Part shown: positions 61,926 through 64,000 of the stretch, piece by piece
Layout: each line of letters opens with the position of its first letter
Numbering within the stretch: the first letter of the stretch is position 1
Program-made: the position numbers and the translations under genes
Assembly: GCA_023205875.1 (NCBI GenBank)
Contig: CP060757.1
Span: 620,001-684,000, forward strand
Reading direction: 5' to 3'
From: Chloropicon primus
Taxonomy: Eukaryota
DNA: 64,000 bases
Notes under the pieces: generated by a model
What the model was told of the DNA's origin: nothing
The model's input: only the letters and a program-made list of their open reading frames with translations
Database searches by the model: none

Positions 61926-64000
61926 CTACCGGTCTCGCAGCAGCAAGAGGAAGCACATGGTGAAGAAAAAGAAACCGATCATGAAGAGCGCCGAGATGTC
62001 CAGAAGCAGGTTGTTGGCGTTGAAATCGAACAAGTCCAGGACCTCGTCCCCAGTCACGTTCACTCTCAGTCTGCTGTCGGCGTAGGAGTTGAAGTAGTAT
62101 CCCTTGGCGCCGTGAAACTCGTTGATGAGCAACGCCTCGAACGCGAAATTCATGTAGGAGAAGTCCGTTCCAGCTTTGGCGAACCCCCCCATCGTGTGCC
62201 TGCTCAAGATGAACCCGCTGTACATGATGCTCACCAGAACTGCCAGCGACGCAAAAGCGTTGGCAACTTTGGTGTCCGGGAAGCAGGCCCCGATGCACAT
62301 GGACATGGAGACGGAAGCCGCGTTGGCCAAGATCAAAATGACGAGGAAAGTCGGAAAGTGGAGGATCGCATCAGTTGTCGAGGACAGCCCAATCATGAAG
62401 TAGCTCAGGGAGAACATGCACGTGGGAATGATCCTCATCGGCAGGATGTCAAACAGAACCATGGAGGTGAAGTACGCGAATGTGCTGTACGCGCCGCTGG
62501 CCCTCTCCCTCAGGAAGAGCAGCCTGTTCTCGTTCCACACGGGAACAGAGCTCAAGCTAGCGAGACCCAAGTACAGCACGATGAAAAACATCGAGCCCAT
62601 CCGATTTTGGATGCCCCCGAAGTCCACGCTTGTCTTGAAGAAGACTAGGCCGAGCATCAGGGCTACGAGGCAAGTTGAAACGAAATTCAAGTAGACCAGG
62701 AACGGCTGCCTCATGGTGTTCTTCAGCAGGCGCTTGGACAACTCCTTCACCTGCTTGCCGTACCCCACGGTGGACTTTTCCGCCTTTGCAACTCGCGTGC
62801 TCGAGCTGTTCACGTAAATAGTGTTCAGCAACCTGTTCTCCTCTTCTACCGCGGCGCTGTTTTGGTACGCGGTGATAATGGTTTGTAAGGCGTAGTCCCC
62901 AGATTTGATGATAACGTCCAGTATGTAGTCCGCAGTGTTCTCTTTTTCCTTCTTGGCAGGAAGGCCAGGAATTCCACCGAGGAAGCCCAAGAGCATCCTA
63001 GCGGGCCCTGAGTACATCATCTCTCCGTCGGATGACAAGACCAGCACCCTCTCCATCAAACGGAAGATGTCGGACCTCGGCTGCTGAATGCTGAGAATCA
63101 CGTTGATCCCCTTCTCAGCCAGAGACGCGAGGGCCTCAACCATCGTGGCGGCGTTCGTGCTGTCCAAACCCGTCGTGGGCTCGTCCAGAAATAGAATGCT
63201 GGGCCTGTGCAGCAACTCGCTCGCAACGCTCACACGCTTCTTCTCCCCCCCCGAGATCCCACGGGTGTACTCGTCGCCAATGAAGCTGTCCACCACCTTC
63301 ATCAGCCCGAGCTGCAGCACGATGTCCCTCACCCTCACCTTCGTCTCCGTTGGAGTGGTGGTCGGGGGGAGCCTGAGGTTTGCGTGAAACAGGAGGTACT
63401 CCCACACCGTGGACGTTCCGGGAAGGATGTCGCTCTGAGGGGCATACCCCGCAATTTGAGTCATGGTTGCAGGCGTCACGGGCTTTCCATTGACGCGAAT
63501 GTCTCCGGTGACGCTCCCGGTCGTGTTCCTGCCCGCGAGGATGTCCAGCAGCGTGGTCTTCCCCGCACCAGAGGGACCGAGAATGGCAAACAGGCCACTC
63601 GTGTCGTTCCTGGCACACCGGGTTCCCAATCCCGACACCCCGGAAACGTTGTCGAGGATGCTGAGACGAACGGTGCCCCTGAGGGAGGAGGTCTTCGCAA
63701 TTGTCTTCGAGATCTTGAGCCAGGTAAGGCAAAGTTGGTCCTCGAAATCATCCTCAGAGCTGCGCTCGCTGATCAGTGGCGAGCCCATATCACTTGCAGC
63801 CTCGCTACTCACTTGACTGATGTTTCTCTTGTGCATGAAATGAAAGGGGAAGAAAGCATCCGAGTTGCCCTCATTCCTGCCATTCCCCACCTCGCTGCTG
63901 GTCTCAGAGAACGAGAGCAAGGTTTGACCGTAGGAATGCTTCCGCATCGCTTGCCTGCAGGACTTCGTCGCCAGGTAGTACGTTCTGCGCATTCCTTTGA
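61926..64000 (-). CDS. ABCG-family (White/ABCG2-like) transporter, C-terminal part; probably continues beyond the window
   Basis: Walker A GPSGAGKTT, signature ISGGEKKRVS, Walker B LFLDEPTTGLD, followed by an ABC2 membrane domain. Confidence 0.92.
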   Translation of the reverse strand, partial: KGMRRTYYLATKSCRQAMRKHSYGQTLLSFSETSSEVGNGRNEGNSDAFFPFHFMHKRNISQVSSEAASDMGSPLISERSSEDDFEDQLCLTWLKISKTIAKTSSLRGTVRLSILDNVSGVSGLGTRCARNDTSGLFAILGPSGAGKTTLLDILAGRNTTGSVTGDIRVNGKPVTPATMTQIAGYAPQSDILPGTSTVWEYLLFHANLRLPPTTTPTETKVRVRDIVLQLGLMKVVDSFIGDEYTRGISGGEKKRVSVASELLHRPSILFLDEPTTGLDSTNAATMVEALASLAEKGINVILSIQQPRSDIFRLMERVLVLSSDGEMMYSGPARMLLGFLGGIPGLPAKKEKENTADYILDVIIKSGDYALQTIITAYQNSAAVEEENRLLNTIYVNSSSTRVAKAEKSTVGYGKQVKELSKRLLKNTMRQPFLVYLNFVSTCLVALMLGLVFFKTSVDFGGIQNRMGSMFFIVLYLGLASLSSVPVWNENRLLFLRERASGAYSTFAYFTSMVLFDILPMRIIPTCMFSLSYFMIGLSSTTDAILHFPTFLVILILANAASVSMSMCIGACFPDTKVANAFASLAVLVSIMYSGFILSRHTMGGFAKAGTDFSYMNFAFEALLINEFHGAKGYYFNSYADSRLRVNVTGDEVLDLFDFNANNLLLDISALFMIGFFFFTMCFLLLLRDR

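Overview
Compact, GC-rich eukaryotic nuclear DNA. It holds about 31 tightly packed genes with short GT-AG introns and CT/GA microsatellite-rich spacers. A plastid phosphate translocator, HY5-like bZIP, USP, Expp1-like protein and GT29 point to a small green alga; a Chloropicon-like picochlorophyte is my inference only. Most genes are housekeeping (RPL29, RPL12, eIF3g, RPA12, UTP13, EMC4, CCDC124, Vps23, mS33, mL40, AGT2, CAX, actin) or cilium-associated (tectonic, CFAP251). The standout is a solitary, apparently intact Fanzor2/IS607-TnpB-type nuclease gene (37964-40132). It has no neighbouring transposase, carries a long basic repeat-containing N-terminal extension, and is followed by about 350 nt of hairpin-rich non-coding sequence that fits an omega-RNA. 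Other notable items: (1) a head-to-head pair of related secreted LamG/IPT proteins, where the small one appears to end in the LamG strands that the giant one's first LamG domain lacks; (2) an intron-containing phage/bacterial-type pyrimidine-dimer glycosylase-like gene; (3) a PRKCSH-like/GT54 fusion; (4) a Vps23 with a Q/N/Y-rich N-terminus. All family calls come from motif recognition by eye, and all exon models from manual reading of splice sites.
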